This document shows, in pieces, positions 48,875 to 57,962 of a stretch of DNA of 64,000 bases; within the stretch, counting starts at the first letter, position 1; each line of letters opens with the position of its first letter. The position numbers and the translations under genes were made by a program. Origin of the DNA: Pseudomonadota bacterium (GTDB taxonomy: Bacteria; Pseudomonadota; Gammaproteobacteria; Pseudomonadales; Pseudohongiellaceae). The stretch covers positions 115,082-179,081 of the forward strand of contig JAQBSZ010000003.1 in the NCBI GenBank assembly GCA_027623555.1, read 5' to 3'. The notes under the pieces are model-generated. The model searched no databases, was not told the origin of the DNA, and was given only the letters and a program-made list of their open reading frames with translations.

Positions 48875-49477
48875 TTAGTCCTGACGGTCGTAAACACGTA
48901 CCAGGTTGACCGGCTCACCGAATGAACCGGGTTGAATCAACATTTCGACGCGAAGACGCCTGCCATTCGCTTCCAGTTTATAAGTCTCGAGCGTGAAGCC
49001 ATTATCGCGCGGCCTGGCTTCGACAACGAGTGATTCACCCTCCCAGTTGCCGAAGGACCAATCGAGTCCGCCTGCAGTGTAGAAGTCGTTCGCCGTGGTT
49101 CTGCGGCGCCTACCGTCAGTGTGAAATACTCGCGTGTAGTCGTCCGCATAGGTGAAGCGAAGTTCGGGCTCTGCATAGGCGATCGTGAGCACATTATCGT
49201 AGGAGATTCGGTCATAGAGCTCCTGGTCCGGCGGTCCTCCCCGGTAGAAATCTTTCTTCCTGTTGAATAATCCTCGGCTATCACGGCCGCCACCTTTCAC
49301 GATCGCCTCGGCGACCCGATCATCGGTGTCCTCGCTCAGCTCGACGTTAACAATCCAATGCCCGACGATTCCGTCTGCGATGCCCTGACTGTGGGCAATC
49401 GTGATCTGCAGGAGCGAAGCCACTAGCAGCAACGCGCCCAACAAATTTTTGTTAATGACTGAGTGAGCTCTGCTCAT
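48875..49477 (-). CDS. exported protein of unknown function
   Basis: Signal peptide, 200 aa, coding-like composition. No recognised motif. Confidence 0.4.
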   Translation of the reverse strand: MSRAHSVINKNLLGALLLVASLLQITIAHSQGIADGIVGHWIVNVELSEDTDDRVAEAIVKGGGRDSRGLFNRKKDFYRGGPPDQELYDRISYDNVLTIAYAEPELRFTYADDYTRVFHTDGRRRRTTANDFYTAGGLDWSFGNWEGESLVVEARPRDNGFTLETYKLEANGRRLRVEMLIQPGSFGEPVNLVRVYDRQD

Positions 49478-49528
49478 TGGTCCACGGTCTCTTGCATTTT
49501 CACTATTTCCTGATTGCCGGGGATTGCT

Positions 49529-50407
49529 TCAGACGACTCCCTGCCGCCACTCTGCCACGGCCTTGCCGATCTCATGCGGAGAATCTTCCTGTAGAAAATG
49601 AGTACCCGCCACAGTGACTTCCTGCTGATTCGGCCAGGTCCGGCAGAACTCCCGCTGCGGTCCGGTCAGTATCGCACCCGGATCGGCATTGATAAAGAGT
49701 TTGGGTACCATCGATTTAGACAACCAGTCGGCATAGGACTGCACCAACTCCACCACTACCGCAGGCTCGCCATCGATAGGAATCTGTCGCGGCCAGGTCA
49801 GCGTTGGTCGCCGATCTTCTCCAGAATTCTGAAATGGACGGCGATATACAGCCATCTCTTCAAATGTCAAATCTCTCAATATAGAGCCAGGTAGCACTCT
49901 TTCGACAAATACGTTCTTCTCCAGCGCCATATCCTCACCGGCGTCAGATCTGAATCCCTGGAAGACGCCACGCGCCGCTTCCGGCCATTCTTCCCAGTTG
50001 ACAGGCCTGACGATGCCTTCCATGTATGCGATACCCAGCACCGATTCGCGGTGTCGGTTCGCCCAGTCAAAACCCAGCGCCGACCCCCAGTCATGAATCA
50101 CAAACGTGACATTCTGCTCCACTCCCAGTGCTTCCAGCGCGGCATCGAAATAATCACGATGCTCCAAAAACGTATAGCGATCAGGCCCGGAATCTTCCAG
50201 CTTGTCCGAATCACCCATACCGATCAGATCGATGGCGATACAGCGCCCCTGATCGGCAAGGTGGGGCATGATGTTGCGCCACAAGTAGGACGAGGTAGGA
50301 TTACCATGCTGAAAAATAATGGGATCACCCTCACCCATCTCCACGTAGGCCATGTTCTTGCCCTTGACTCTGACTGTCTTCTTCGGATGCTCCCTGGCAC
50401 TGATCAT
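49529..50407 (-). CDS. haloalkane dehalogenase (DhaA/HLD-II-like)
   Basis: From ATG 50407: ...[32 protein letters not shown]..., HDWGSALGF (nucleophile Asp), ...[10 protein letters not shown]. Confidence 0.85.
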   Translation of the reverse strand: MISAREHPKKTVRVKGKNMAYVEMGEGDPIIFQHGNPTSSYLWRNIMPHLADQGRCIAIDLIGMGDSDKLEDSGPDRYTFLEHRDYFDAALEALGVEQNVTFVIHDWGSALGFDWANRHRESVLGIAYMEGIVRPVNWEEWPEAARGVFQGFRSDAGEDMALEKNVFVERVLPGSILRDLTFEEMAVYRRPFQNSGEDRRPTLTWPRQIPIDGEPAVVVELVQSYADWLSKSMVPKLFINADPGAILTGPQREFCRTWPNQQEVTVAGTHFLQEDSPHEIGKAVAEWRQGVV

Positions 50408-50658
50408 GATGATCCCCTGTGTACTGTCGAAAAGCTTTTGAGAATAAACTGAGCATAGTGAGTTTTCAATGTTCCTTAACCACAAGTATTTTATTCACAT
50501 CGTTCTATCCAACGGAATTTAGGACTATTAGTCCCAAATTTCCCATGCGTCAGCACCGCGTTTCCTTGCAAACGCGGCCCCTCTCCCCCGCACAATGCCC
50601 GTAATTCGAAATAAGTTGATGTGCCCTTTGAGAAGAATGATGGATAGGCAGGCTCAAG

Positions 50659-50853
50659 GAGGGTTGCCCCGGTTGGTTCTGAGCGACTAGCGCCAGGGGT
50701 GAGGAGAGCGTAGTTGGAAGCGCTAGCTTCCTGCGAAGCCGAACACCACCAATCTATGATTGGTGGCTGGAGAGATATCAATAAAGTGCTGCAAAGGTGG
50801 ACGGGGGACCAGGGACGGCCGAACGGAGCGAAGAACCAACCGGGGCAACCCTC
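50659..50853. repeat. 195-bp element closed by a perfect 22-bp inverted repeat (GAGGGTTGCCCCGGTTGGTTCT / AGAACCAACCGGGGCAACCCTC)
   Basis: The arms at 50659-50680 and 50832-50853 are exact reverse complements. The interior contains hairpins GGAAGC-GCTA-GCTTCC (50716-50731) and CCACCAATC-TAT-GATTGGTGG (50746-50766). It lies in the 571-bp divergent intergenic region. Confidence 0.6.
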
Positions 50854-50978
50854 ACACCCTTCCTTACTGATCATCCCAAGAACCAAATCCTCCAATTGAA
50901 CAACACACTAATAATCAGATATTCTCCATGTCCGCATTAATATCCTGCTGGATAAAAAGAATTACGGGAGAAAACCGA

Positions 50979-52616
50979 ATGACTATGCAGAACACACCTC
51001 TACTTATGTCCCGCCTGCTCGGCCGAGGCGCCCTATTGGACCCGGAAGTAGAAGTGGTCACCATGCAGGCCAATGGCACGCACCGCCAGTCGCTGAAACA
51101 GACCTGGGAGCGAGCAAACCAGGTAGCTCATGCGCTGAAGGCCCATGGTATCGAGGTCGGTGATCGCATTGGCAGCTTCATGTGGAATAACTACCGGCAC
51201 CTGGAGCTGTATCAGGGGGTCCCCTCAATGGGAGCCGTGCTGCACACGTTGAACATACGACTCTCTGCCACCGATCTTGAATACATCATCAATCATGCGA
51301 GTGATCGGGTCATCTTTGCCGATGAGGACCTGCTGCCATTGCTGGAGCCGCTGTGGGAGAAGAGCCCCTGTGTCGAGCTGCTGGTAATCTGCCGGCATGG
51401 AGAAGGCGGAGAGAGTTCTTTCAAGAATCAGATCGATTATGAAGATTTCATTGCCGGGCACCCCACCGAGTATGACTGGCCTGAAATCGATGAGACTTCT
51501 CCGATGGGACTGTGCTACACCTCCGGGACAACAGGTAAACCGAAAGGTGTCATGTACACCAATCGCTCGACTTACCTGCATACGCTCACCGAATCGTTAA
51601 CTGATACGATCGGGCTATCAGCGCTGGACTCACTATTAGGCATCGTGCCGATGTTTCATGCTATGGGCTGGGGTCTGCCATTTGCTGCCTCCATGCTGGG
51701 GTGTAAACAGGTGATGCCACACCGCTTCATGTTGCCCGATGTGTTCCTGAAGCTGATAGTCGAAGAAGACGTCACCATCTCGGCCGGTGTTCCAACAATC
51801 TGGCAGGGCGTGCGCGCCGCGTTGACAGCAGCGCCGGACAAATATGACCTCAGCAAGCTGGGCAGATTAACCTGCGGTGGCTCGGCTCCTCCGGTTGAAA
51901 TGATGCGCTGGTACTGGGAGAGCTACCAGATCGAGATGTTACAGGGTTGGGGTATGACTGAAACCAATCCACTGGGCACGTTATCGCGCAAGGTCGCGAA
52001 GCGCTCCCACGTCAATATCTCTGAAGATCAGCAATTCAAGAATATTGCCAAGGCAGGTCTGGCTATGCCGGGACTCGAAATCGAAATCTTCGACGAAGCA
52101 TGGAATCGCCTACCCCATGATGGAGAGGCAGTGGGTGAGCTCTGTATTCGTGGACCCTGGATTGCCTCGGAGTATTTCAACGACGATCAGCCAGACAAAT
52201 TTCATGACGGCTGGCTGGTGACAGGAGACGTAGCCAAGATCGACCCGGAGCAATACGTCATTATCTCGGACCGCTCCAAAGACCTGATCAAGTCAGGAGG
52301 CGAATGGATTTCCTCGGTTGATCTGGAGAATCATATAGTGGGTATGCCCGGTGTTATGCAGGCAGCCGTTGTGGCACAACCTCATCCTAAGTGGGACGAA
52401 CGGCCAGTGGCGCTGGTGGTGATGTCAGGCCGTGCAGAACTGGATCAGGCGGCGGTTCTCAAACATTGCAGCAGCGTATTCGCCAAGTGGCAACTACCCG
52501 ATGAAGTAATAGCCACCGACAGTATCCCGCTGACTTCCACCGGCAAGATCGACAAGAAGGCAATCCGGGCACGCCTGGATGCCGAGGGGTATCAGCTCCC
52601 GGATCTGCGCGGATAA
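50979..52616 (+). CDS. AMP-dependent acyl-CoA synthetase (long/medium-chain fatty-acid-CoA ligase)
   Basis: From ATG 50979 (RBS GGGAG): [15 protein letters not shown]-binding motif, GWGMTE, ...SGGEWISS..., TGKIDKK. Confidence 0.85.
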   Translation: MTMQNTPLLMSRLLGRGALLDPEVEVVTMQANGTHRQSLKQTWERANQVAHALKAHGIEVGDRIGSFMWNNYRHLELYQGVPSMGAVLHTLNIRLSATDLEYIINHASDRVIFADEDLLPLLEPLWEKSPCVELLVICRHGEGGESSFKNQIDYEDFIAGHPTEYDWPEIDETSPMGLCYTSGTTGKPKGVMYTNRSTYLHTLTESLTDTIGLSALDSLLGIVPMFHAMGWGLPFAASMLGCKQVMPHRFMLPDVFLKLIVEEDVTISAGVPTIWQGVRAALTAAPDKYDLSKLGRLTCGGSAPPVEMMRWYWESYQIEMLQGWGMTETNPLGTLSRKVAKRSHVNISEDQQFKNIAKAGLAMPGLEIEIFDEAWNRLPHDGEAVGELCIRGPWIASEYFNDDQPDKFHDGWLVTGDVAKIDPEQYVIISDRSKDLIKSGGEWISSVDLENHIVGMPGVMQAAVVAQPHPKWDERPVALVVMSGRAELDQAAVLKHCSSVFAKWQLPDEVIATDSIPLTSTGKIDKKAIRARLDAEGYQLPDLRG

Positions 52617-52737
52617 CACTGGTTTTAGAGGTAAAAAAGGACCCTAAAGGCCATTGCTGTCCCACTTAATCTGAAGACATGGGTTTGGTGATTGCTTCAG
52701 CGACTGTCGCCAGCATGAATGCTGGCGCCAAAGCCTG

Positions 52738-52817
52738 CGGGGACACCTACAAGATAACAATTTAATCACCTATTTCGAGAACTGGGTGGTTTAAGTTGTT
52801 ATCTTGTAGGTATCCCT
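52738..52817 (+). repeat. palindromic repeat, copy A (GGGGACACCTACAAGATAACAATTTAA - loop - TTAAGTTGTTATCTTGTAGGTATCCC)
   Basis: Aligns with copy B at a constant offset of 1717 bp, with only two substitutions (52789 G versus C; 52812 A versus G) before the terminal C-run. It lies between convergent genes. Confidence 0.9.
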
Positions 52818-52827
52818 ATTTTCCCAG

Positions 52828-53265
52828 CTATTTACATGCAATCTTGTCAAACGAGTTCGGGTTATCGCCGCCAAGCAATGAAATTATTGCATAAAGTTGA
52901 CCAGCGTGCCGCCGATAGCTGATCACCTGCGGATAGTCGTGATCGGGTTTTGCAAAGACAACACGGTTTTCGCTGGTTTCAACCTCGATAAATGATGCAG
53001 ACTCCTGTCCAGATGGGTGGGCGGTATAGGTCCATAAGCCGTTGTCATTCTGCGTAATACTCAATACCTCGTAAAAGACGATTTTTCCGGCGTCCAAGGC
53101 TACGCCGAATCCAAGCAACGATTTATCACTATTAACAACCCATACTTCCTGGCTACTTTGGTCGTCCGTGACCCAACAGCCGCTCAGCCAGTCGAGGCTG
53201 CTTTGTGCTGAGTTGGCAATCGATGCCAACATCGGGATTAGCAGTAACGCAGTTAAAGTCCTCAT
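52828..53265 (-). CDS. exported lipocalin-like protein (DUF6265-like)
   Basis: From ATG 53265: signal MRTLTALLLIPMLASIANSA, LDWLSGCW..., ...FAKPDHDYPQVISYRR. The family name is from memory. Confidence 0.45.
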   Translation of the reverse strand: MRTLTALLLIPMLASIANSAQSSLDWLSGCWVTDDQSSQEVWVVNSDKSLLGFGVALDAGKIVFYEVLSITQNDNGLWTYTAHPSGQESASFIEVETSENRVVFAKPDHDYPQVISYRRHAGQLYAIISLLGGDNPNSFDKIACK

Positions 53266-53346
53266 TCTCTCAGTCTCCCTGTTTGCACGAAAGGTCAAGT
53301 ATACTGGTTGTCTATATTTCACTCTTGAACATTTCGGCCAATTCGC

Positions 53347-54180
53347 ATGTACCAATCGTTTGAACCGACTCAGGTGTTGTCTCCGTTTGTCGAGTGCTAC
53401 TGGTCGTGGTATGTCGAACCGAAACACCTAACGATCGACGACATTCTCCCGGACGCGGCGCCGGAATTTATCCTGCATCTAGCGGCCATGCCATTTGTGA
53501 AGCAATAACCAGGCGAATGGAGACAACAGCATCGGGCGTTCCTTTACTGCGCGGCGCATCGCACTTTGAGCCTCACCGTACGAGAGCCGATGATGGTTTT
53601 CGCGATTCGGTTCCGGCCGTGGGGTGTCAGTAGATTCTCGCAGCAATCTATGGCGAAAATGCTCGACCGTCCAGTCCTTCCATTCGAAGCTCTAAGCGAA
53701 CTAGGTGACAAACTCGTAGCTGGCCTGAGTATGAGTGATACTGACACTCATCGTGTTGAACTCGCGAACAGCCTGCTCGAGGGCGCATTGCAGATTCCTG
53801 CGCACAACGACAAACGACTGCGGATGTTAATGGATGCGGCAAACGGCGGAAAATGCGGGTCCATCGAAATGGCCCGGACCCTTGCAATGAGCGATCGGTC
53901 ATTCAATCGATTATGGAACGAAATAGTGGGGATTCAACCGCGGCGGTTTGTCCAGCTAATGCGATTCCACACCGCACTCGCGTTGATCGAATCCGGTGAG
54001 GAACTCGCCGCTGTCGCCTCAGAGTGCGGATATAGCGATCAAGCACATATGGCCAGAGGGATCAAAGCAATCTCGGGATTACCCCCGTCTTCATTGCGTC
54101 GACGATTGAGCAACAGCGTGTACCGAAACTTGTACGCGTCACGACCTGGCGCCCCTTGGCATCGTCGAATAAAACAATAA
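53347..54180 (+). pseudogene. AraC/XylS-family regulator interrupted by an in-frame TAA
   Basis: ATG 53347 opens MYQSFEPTQVLSPFVECYWSW...PEFILHLAAMPFVKQ, then TAA at 53506-53508. The same frame continues PGEWRQQHRAFLYCAAHRTLSLTVREPMMVFAIRFRPWG... into ORF 53566..54180, which carries the C-terminal HTH (ECGYSDQAHMARGIKAISGLPPS). Confidence 0.7.
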
Positions 54181-54338
54181 CCGAGATTGCGAGAGTGCCC
54201 GAGCGATCACTTCCGAACTTACTTTCCCACGATGACTCTCATCGTTGCTTCTGGCCGGAAAGCGACGGTCGCCAGGAATGAGATAGAATGACGGCTAGTG
54301 ACTCAAAGCGGCCCTTGTTGACGAACGGAGAATCGCAT

Positions 54339-54482
54339 ATGACCGTACCGCATCTCTATCGCGTAATTCTACCGGTATCGAATATAGATCTTGCAGCCAA
54401 ATTTTATGGTTACGTGTTTCAAGACGACGGGCAGCGCGTGTCGCCTGGGGTCAACGGGGACACCTACAAGATAACAATTTAA
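54339..54482 (+). pseudogene. 5' fragment of a VOC/glyoxalase-family gene truncated at repeat copy B
   Basis: RBS GGAGA plus ATG 54339: MTVPHLYRVILPVSNIDLAAKFYGYVFQDDGQRVSPG is a typical VOC N-terminus. The reading frame then runs into the repeat (..NGDTYKITI) and stops at its TAA after 47 aa in total, which is short for the VOC family. Confidence 0.5.
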
Positions 54483-54535
54483 TCACCTATTTCGAGAACT
54501 GGGTGCTTTAAGTTGTTATCTTGTAGGTGTCCCCT
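54455..54535 (+). repeat. palindromic repeat, copy B (27-bp stem, 25-nt loop)
   Basis: GGGGACACCTACAAGATAACAATTTAA (54456-54482) versus TTAAGTTGTTATCTTGTAGGTGTCCCC (54508-54534), complementary at 26 of 27 positions. The odd position is T opposite G, which is G.U-compatible on the + strand only. Confidence 0.9.
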
Positions 54536-54542
54536 GTATTTC

Positions 54543-55526
54543 CTATTTATCTGCCCGGCGCGCGCCGGCGAGGATGCCCGGCATCGCATAATTACCTTCG
54601 TGGCAGGCATATTCAAACACTTGTTCTCCATTCATGTTCATCGGTAACTCGCCACTCCATGGCTGCGAATAGTTCTGGGGATCCTCGACGGTAAATTGGT
54701 AAAGAATCGTAGCGTCGGCGGTACGGGTGAAGCGCTCGGTAACCTTCATCTGACTGGAACCAAGGAATCGATGTTCCAGGGAAGAGCGCATGATCTGCTG
54801 TGGATGAAAATTTGTGGTTACCACAACCAGTGAATCCTCGTCGTAATAGCCAATGGAATCGCCCAGCCAGGGGTAGAAGGGAGGATCCTGAAAATCCTTG
54901 TCGATCTTGACGATGCGGGCATCATGGTTCATTTCCGCCAGCAAGACCACGTAGTCCTCGGTCTGCACGATCTGGGTCAGATTGTTATACAGAACCGGTA
55001 ATTTCGGAGGTCCTCCCGATGAGCCGAAACCAACCATGCAGCGCTCACCCAGGGGTCGCACCTCGGGCCCATCATAGGAATTTCGGAGCGCCATCGCCGC
55101 CGCCAGGTTCGCCCGACCCTGTTCACTGTAGGGCAATTTTCCATCTGCCGGATCGATCAGTATCGAGGTGCGAATTTCACCATTAACCACGGCCAGCCGG
55201 TTTCCGGGATCCATCCAGAACGTGTTGTAGCCACCCACATTCTGCCCTGCAGTAGGCGCTTCGCGATTGGGGTCACTCGGTCGGTTACTTGCCTCCATGC
55301 CGGCCTGCACCATGGCTTCGATTCGAATGGCTTCTTCCTCAGCAATCACCAGGTTGCCGCCATAGCGTTGGGCACGTTCAAGATTGGTCTGGGTAGCGAT
55401 AGACCAGGCGCCCTGCAGGTCGGGTGCGCCAAATTCCGTGCGCGGGGTGATGTAGCCTGTCTCTGCGGCGTAGACACCCCAGGCCAAGAACACAGAAATT
55501 CCTGCAACTAGCAGCGATAATCTCAC
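54543..55526 (-). CDS. exported protein of unknown function
   Basis: Signal MRLSLLVAGISVFLAWGVYA; 327 aa with coding-like composition. No recognised motif. Confidence 0.45.
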   Translation of the reverse strand: MRLSLLVAGISVFLAWGVYAAETGYITPRTEFGAPDLQGAWSIATQTNLERAQRYGGNLVIAEEEAIRIEAMVQAGMEASNRPSDPNREAPTAGQNVGGYNTFWMDPGNRLAVVNGEIRTSILIDPADGKLPYSEQGRANLAAAMALRNSYDGPEVRPLGERCMVGFGSSGGPPKLPVLYNNLTQIVQTEDYVVLLAEMNHDARIVKIDKDFQDPPFYPWLGDSIGYYDEDSLVVVTTNFHPQQIMRSSLEHRFLGSSQMKVTERFTRTADATILYQFTVEDPQNYSQPWSGELPMNMNGEQVFEYACHEGNYAMPGILAGARRADK

Positions 55527-55756
55527 TATGATTCCTCCTGAGAGAAGCGCGAAAAAAATAATTATGCCATCCTTTACTGACAGAATCCCGCAGCATGAAC
55601 AGTCAGGGCTTACTATCGAAATATCAAAGGGATGCGGTCACAAATCAATTGATGTATCCTCCCCGGTGAGCGTGATAGTGTACACTTGCGAACAACTGCC
55701 AGATGGCAGTTGCTGTAAAACGGGGATTTCCCAGGTTTAGAGAGTAGTAGCCATTT

Positions 55757-56749
55757 ATGAAGGATCCTATGCAGTTAGCTGGTGGCAGCGCGTTGTTAGT
55801 TGGCATCTTGTTACTGGATACATTTGTGATAGTCGAACCTCTCCCCCCGGCACCTGCCAACATGGTATGGATCGAGCCTGGCTCATTTGTCATGGGTTCG
55901 GATAAGGGACTACCCGACGAGCGCCCCGCCCACCAACTCAGCATGTCTGGATTCTGGATAGATCAATTCGAAGTCACTAATGAAGATTTCGAAGCATTCG
56001 TAACCGCAACCAAATACACAACTCAAGCTGAATCCTACGGTGACTCACAGGTTTTCCATTCTCAAGAACAGAAATCCAGCAACACTCTGGTCTTTCGTTC
56101 TTCTCAACAGAAACTCAGGGCTGGCCCAATGGATTGGTGGGATCTGGTAGCCCAGGCAGACTGGCGACACCCACAGGGACCTGCAGATTCCATCACTGAC
56201 AAATCCGAGCACCCGGTAGTACATGTCAGTTACGCCGATGCACTTGCCTATTGCAACTGGGCGGGCAAGGAACTTCCAACCGAAGCGCAATTCGAGTTTG
56301 CAGCGCGCGGCGGCAGAGAAGGTGCGATATACGCCTGGGGTGACCAGCCACTGCATCGCAGCCAGGCGATCACCAATAACTGGCAGGGCACGTTCCCCTT
56401 CAAGAACGAGGTTGCAGATGGATTTGCATCAACTGCCCCGGTCGGCAGTTTTCCACCAAATGATTTCGGGCTCTATGACATAACAGGCAATGTATGGGAA
56501 TGGGTGTCAGACTGGTATCACCCGAATTACTATGCAATGAGCAAAGCAAAAAACCCTAGAGGAGTGAGCGAAGCAGAGAGTCTCGACCCGGCCGAACCCA
56601 ACCTGGCCAAGCGCAGCATCCGCGGCGGCTCTTTTCTCTGCAGCGACAACTACTGCAGCGGATTTCGCGTGAGTGCGAGGATGCCAGCCGATCCGAATTC
56701 CAGCACGGTCCATACAGGCTTTCGCTGCGTCGTTAACAACAAGTACTAG
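55757..56749 (+). CDS. formylglycine-generating enzyme (SUMF1/EgtB/PvdO) family protein
   Basis: ...MVWIEPGSFVMGSD..., ...HPVVHVSYADALAYCNWAGKELPTEAQFEFAARGG..., GNVWEWVSDWY, RGGSFLC. Confidence 0.8.
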   Translation: MKDPMQLAGGSALLVGILLLDTFVIVEPLPPAPANMVWIEPGSFVMGSDKGLPDERPAHQLSMSGFWIDQFEVTNEDFEAFVTATKYTTQAESYGDSQVFHSQEQKSSNTLVFRSSQQKLRAGPMDWWDLVAQADWRHPQGPADSITDKSEHPVVHVSYADALAYCNWAGKELPTEAQFEFAARGGREGAIYAWGDQPLHRSQAITNNWQGTFPFKNEVADGFASTAPVGSFPPNDFGLYDITGNVWEWVSDWYHPNYYAMSKAKNPRGVSEAESLDPAEPNLAKRSIRGGSFLCSDNYCSGFRVSARMPADPNSSTVHTGFRCVVNNKY

Positions 56750-56764
56750 GTGTTCCCAGGCTCC

Positions 56765-57928
56765 CTATATTTCCCTGGCAATTAGCATCTTCATAATCTC
56801 GTTGCTACCGCCATAGATTTTTTGAATGCGGGCGTCGGCATACATCTTGGCGATGGGATATTCCATCATATAGCCGTAACCCCCGAAAAACTGCAGGCAC
56901 TCATCGACAATCTCGTTCTGTTTTTGCGTAGTCCACCACTTGGCCATCGCTGCCGTTGCATCATCGAGCTTGCCTTCAGCCAATTTCATGGCGCAGTCAT
57001 CGACGAAAACCCTCGCTAACTTGGCTTCGGTGTAGCGTTCCGCTAACTTGAACTGGGTATTCTGAAAATCCAGGAGGCGTTTGCCGAAGGCCTTTCTCTC
57101 CTTTACATACTCGCTGGTCAGTCGCAGGGCTTTTTCGATCGCGGCACAGGCGCCGGCGGCAATAATCAGGCGCTCCTGTGGCAGCTGTTCCATGAGCTGG
57201 ATAAAGCCCTTGCCTTCCACCGTGCCGAGTAGATTTTCTACCGGTACTTGTACGTCATCGAAAAATATCTCTGCGGTATCCTGGGCCTTCAGACCCAGCT
57301 TCTCAAGATTACGGCCGCGGGAAAATCCACCTTCCCCCTCTACGCCCTCGGTCTCAACCATGATGAGTGAAATACCCTTGGCCGATTCCGCCGGATCAGT
57401 CTTGGCCACTACGCAGATCAGGTCGGCCGTCCCTCCATTGGTCAGAAACGTCTTCTGGCCGTTGAGCAGGTAAGTCTCACCCTGCCGTACGGCAGTTGTC
57501 TTAACGGCCTGTAGATCGGAACCAGTGCCGGGTTCGGTCATGGCAATGGCGGAGACCAGCTCGCCGCTTGCCATCTTCGGCAACCACTTGTGCTTCTGTT
57601 CCTCAGTACCATAGGAATTGATGTAGTGAGCAACAATGCCGGAATGAACGCCATTGCCGAATCCAGTGATATTGGCATAACTCAATTCTTCTACCAGTAC
57701 CATCTCATGTTTGAAGTTACCACCTCCGCCACCGTATTCGGCAGGTATGGAGGCACACAGCAGCCCCGCGGCACCGGCCTTCAACCAGGCGTCACGATCC
57801 ACGAACCCCTGTTTCTCCCACTTCTCCATAGCAGGCACAAATTCCTTCGCCAGGAATTTGGCAACAGCATCACGCATGATAAGTAGCTCTTCATCCATCC
57901 ATGGGGACTGATAATTGTCTAGCAACAT
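56765..57928 (-). CDS. acyl-CoA dehydrogenase
   Basis: 387 aa; AMTEPGTGSDL, ...QIYGGSNEIM... Canonical ACAD motifs. Confidence 0.9.
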   Translation of the reverse strand: MLLDNYQSPWMDEELLIMRDAVAKFLAKEFVPAMEKWEKQGFVDRDAWLKAGAAGLLCASIPAEYGGGGGNFKHEMVLVEELSYANITGFGNGVHSGIVAHYINSYGTEEQKHKWLPKMASGELVSAIAMTEPGTGSDLQAVKTTAVRQGETYLLNGQKTFLTNGGTADLICVVAKTDPAESAKGISLIMVETEGVEGEGGFSRGRNLEKLGLKAQDTAEIFFDDVQVPVENLLGTVEGKGFIQLMEQLPQERLIIAAGACAAIEKALRLTSEYVKERKAFGKRLLDFQNTQFKLAERYTEAKLARVFVDDCAMKLAEGKLDDATAAMAKWWTTQKQNEIVDECLQFFGGYGYMMEYPIAKMYADARIQKIYGGSNEIMKMLIAREI

Positions 57929-57962
57929 GTCAAAAGACCTGAATGTTCAATGAGCAATAAAC

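Noticed and set aside
50659-50853. Known housekeeping RNA (6S, tmRNA, SRP RNA, RNase P) for the 22-bp-stem element.
   Set aside because: The sequence does not match my recollection of those RNAs (no tmRNA GGGGCUGAUUCUGGAUUCGAC start, no SRP GGAA/AGCA loop motifs, no 6S-like central bubble). This is a memory-based exclusion only; cmscan is needed.
50491-50899. ORFs 50491..50895 (-) and 50714..50899 (+) as protein-coding genes in the dehalogenase/synthetase intergenic region.
   Set aside because: Their composition is Cys/Trp/Pro/Gly-rich and unlike the neighbours. Both span the 22-bp inverted-repeat element, which explains the open frames better.
52738-54535. Interpreting the palindromic repeats as integron attC sites (gene cassettes).
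   Set aside because: There is no intI gene or attI in the window. The genes between the copies are in mixed orientation and include a regulator. I could not place the RYYYAAC / GTTRRRY core pair at the arm ends.
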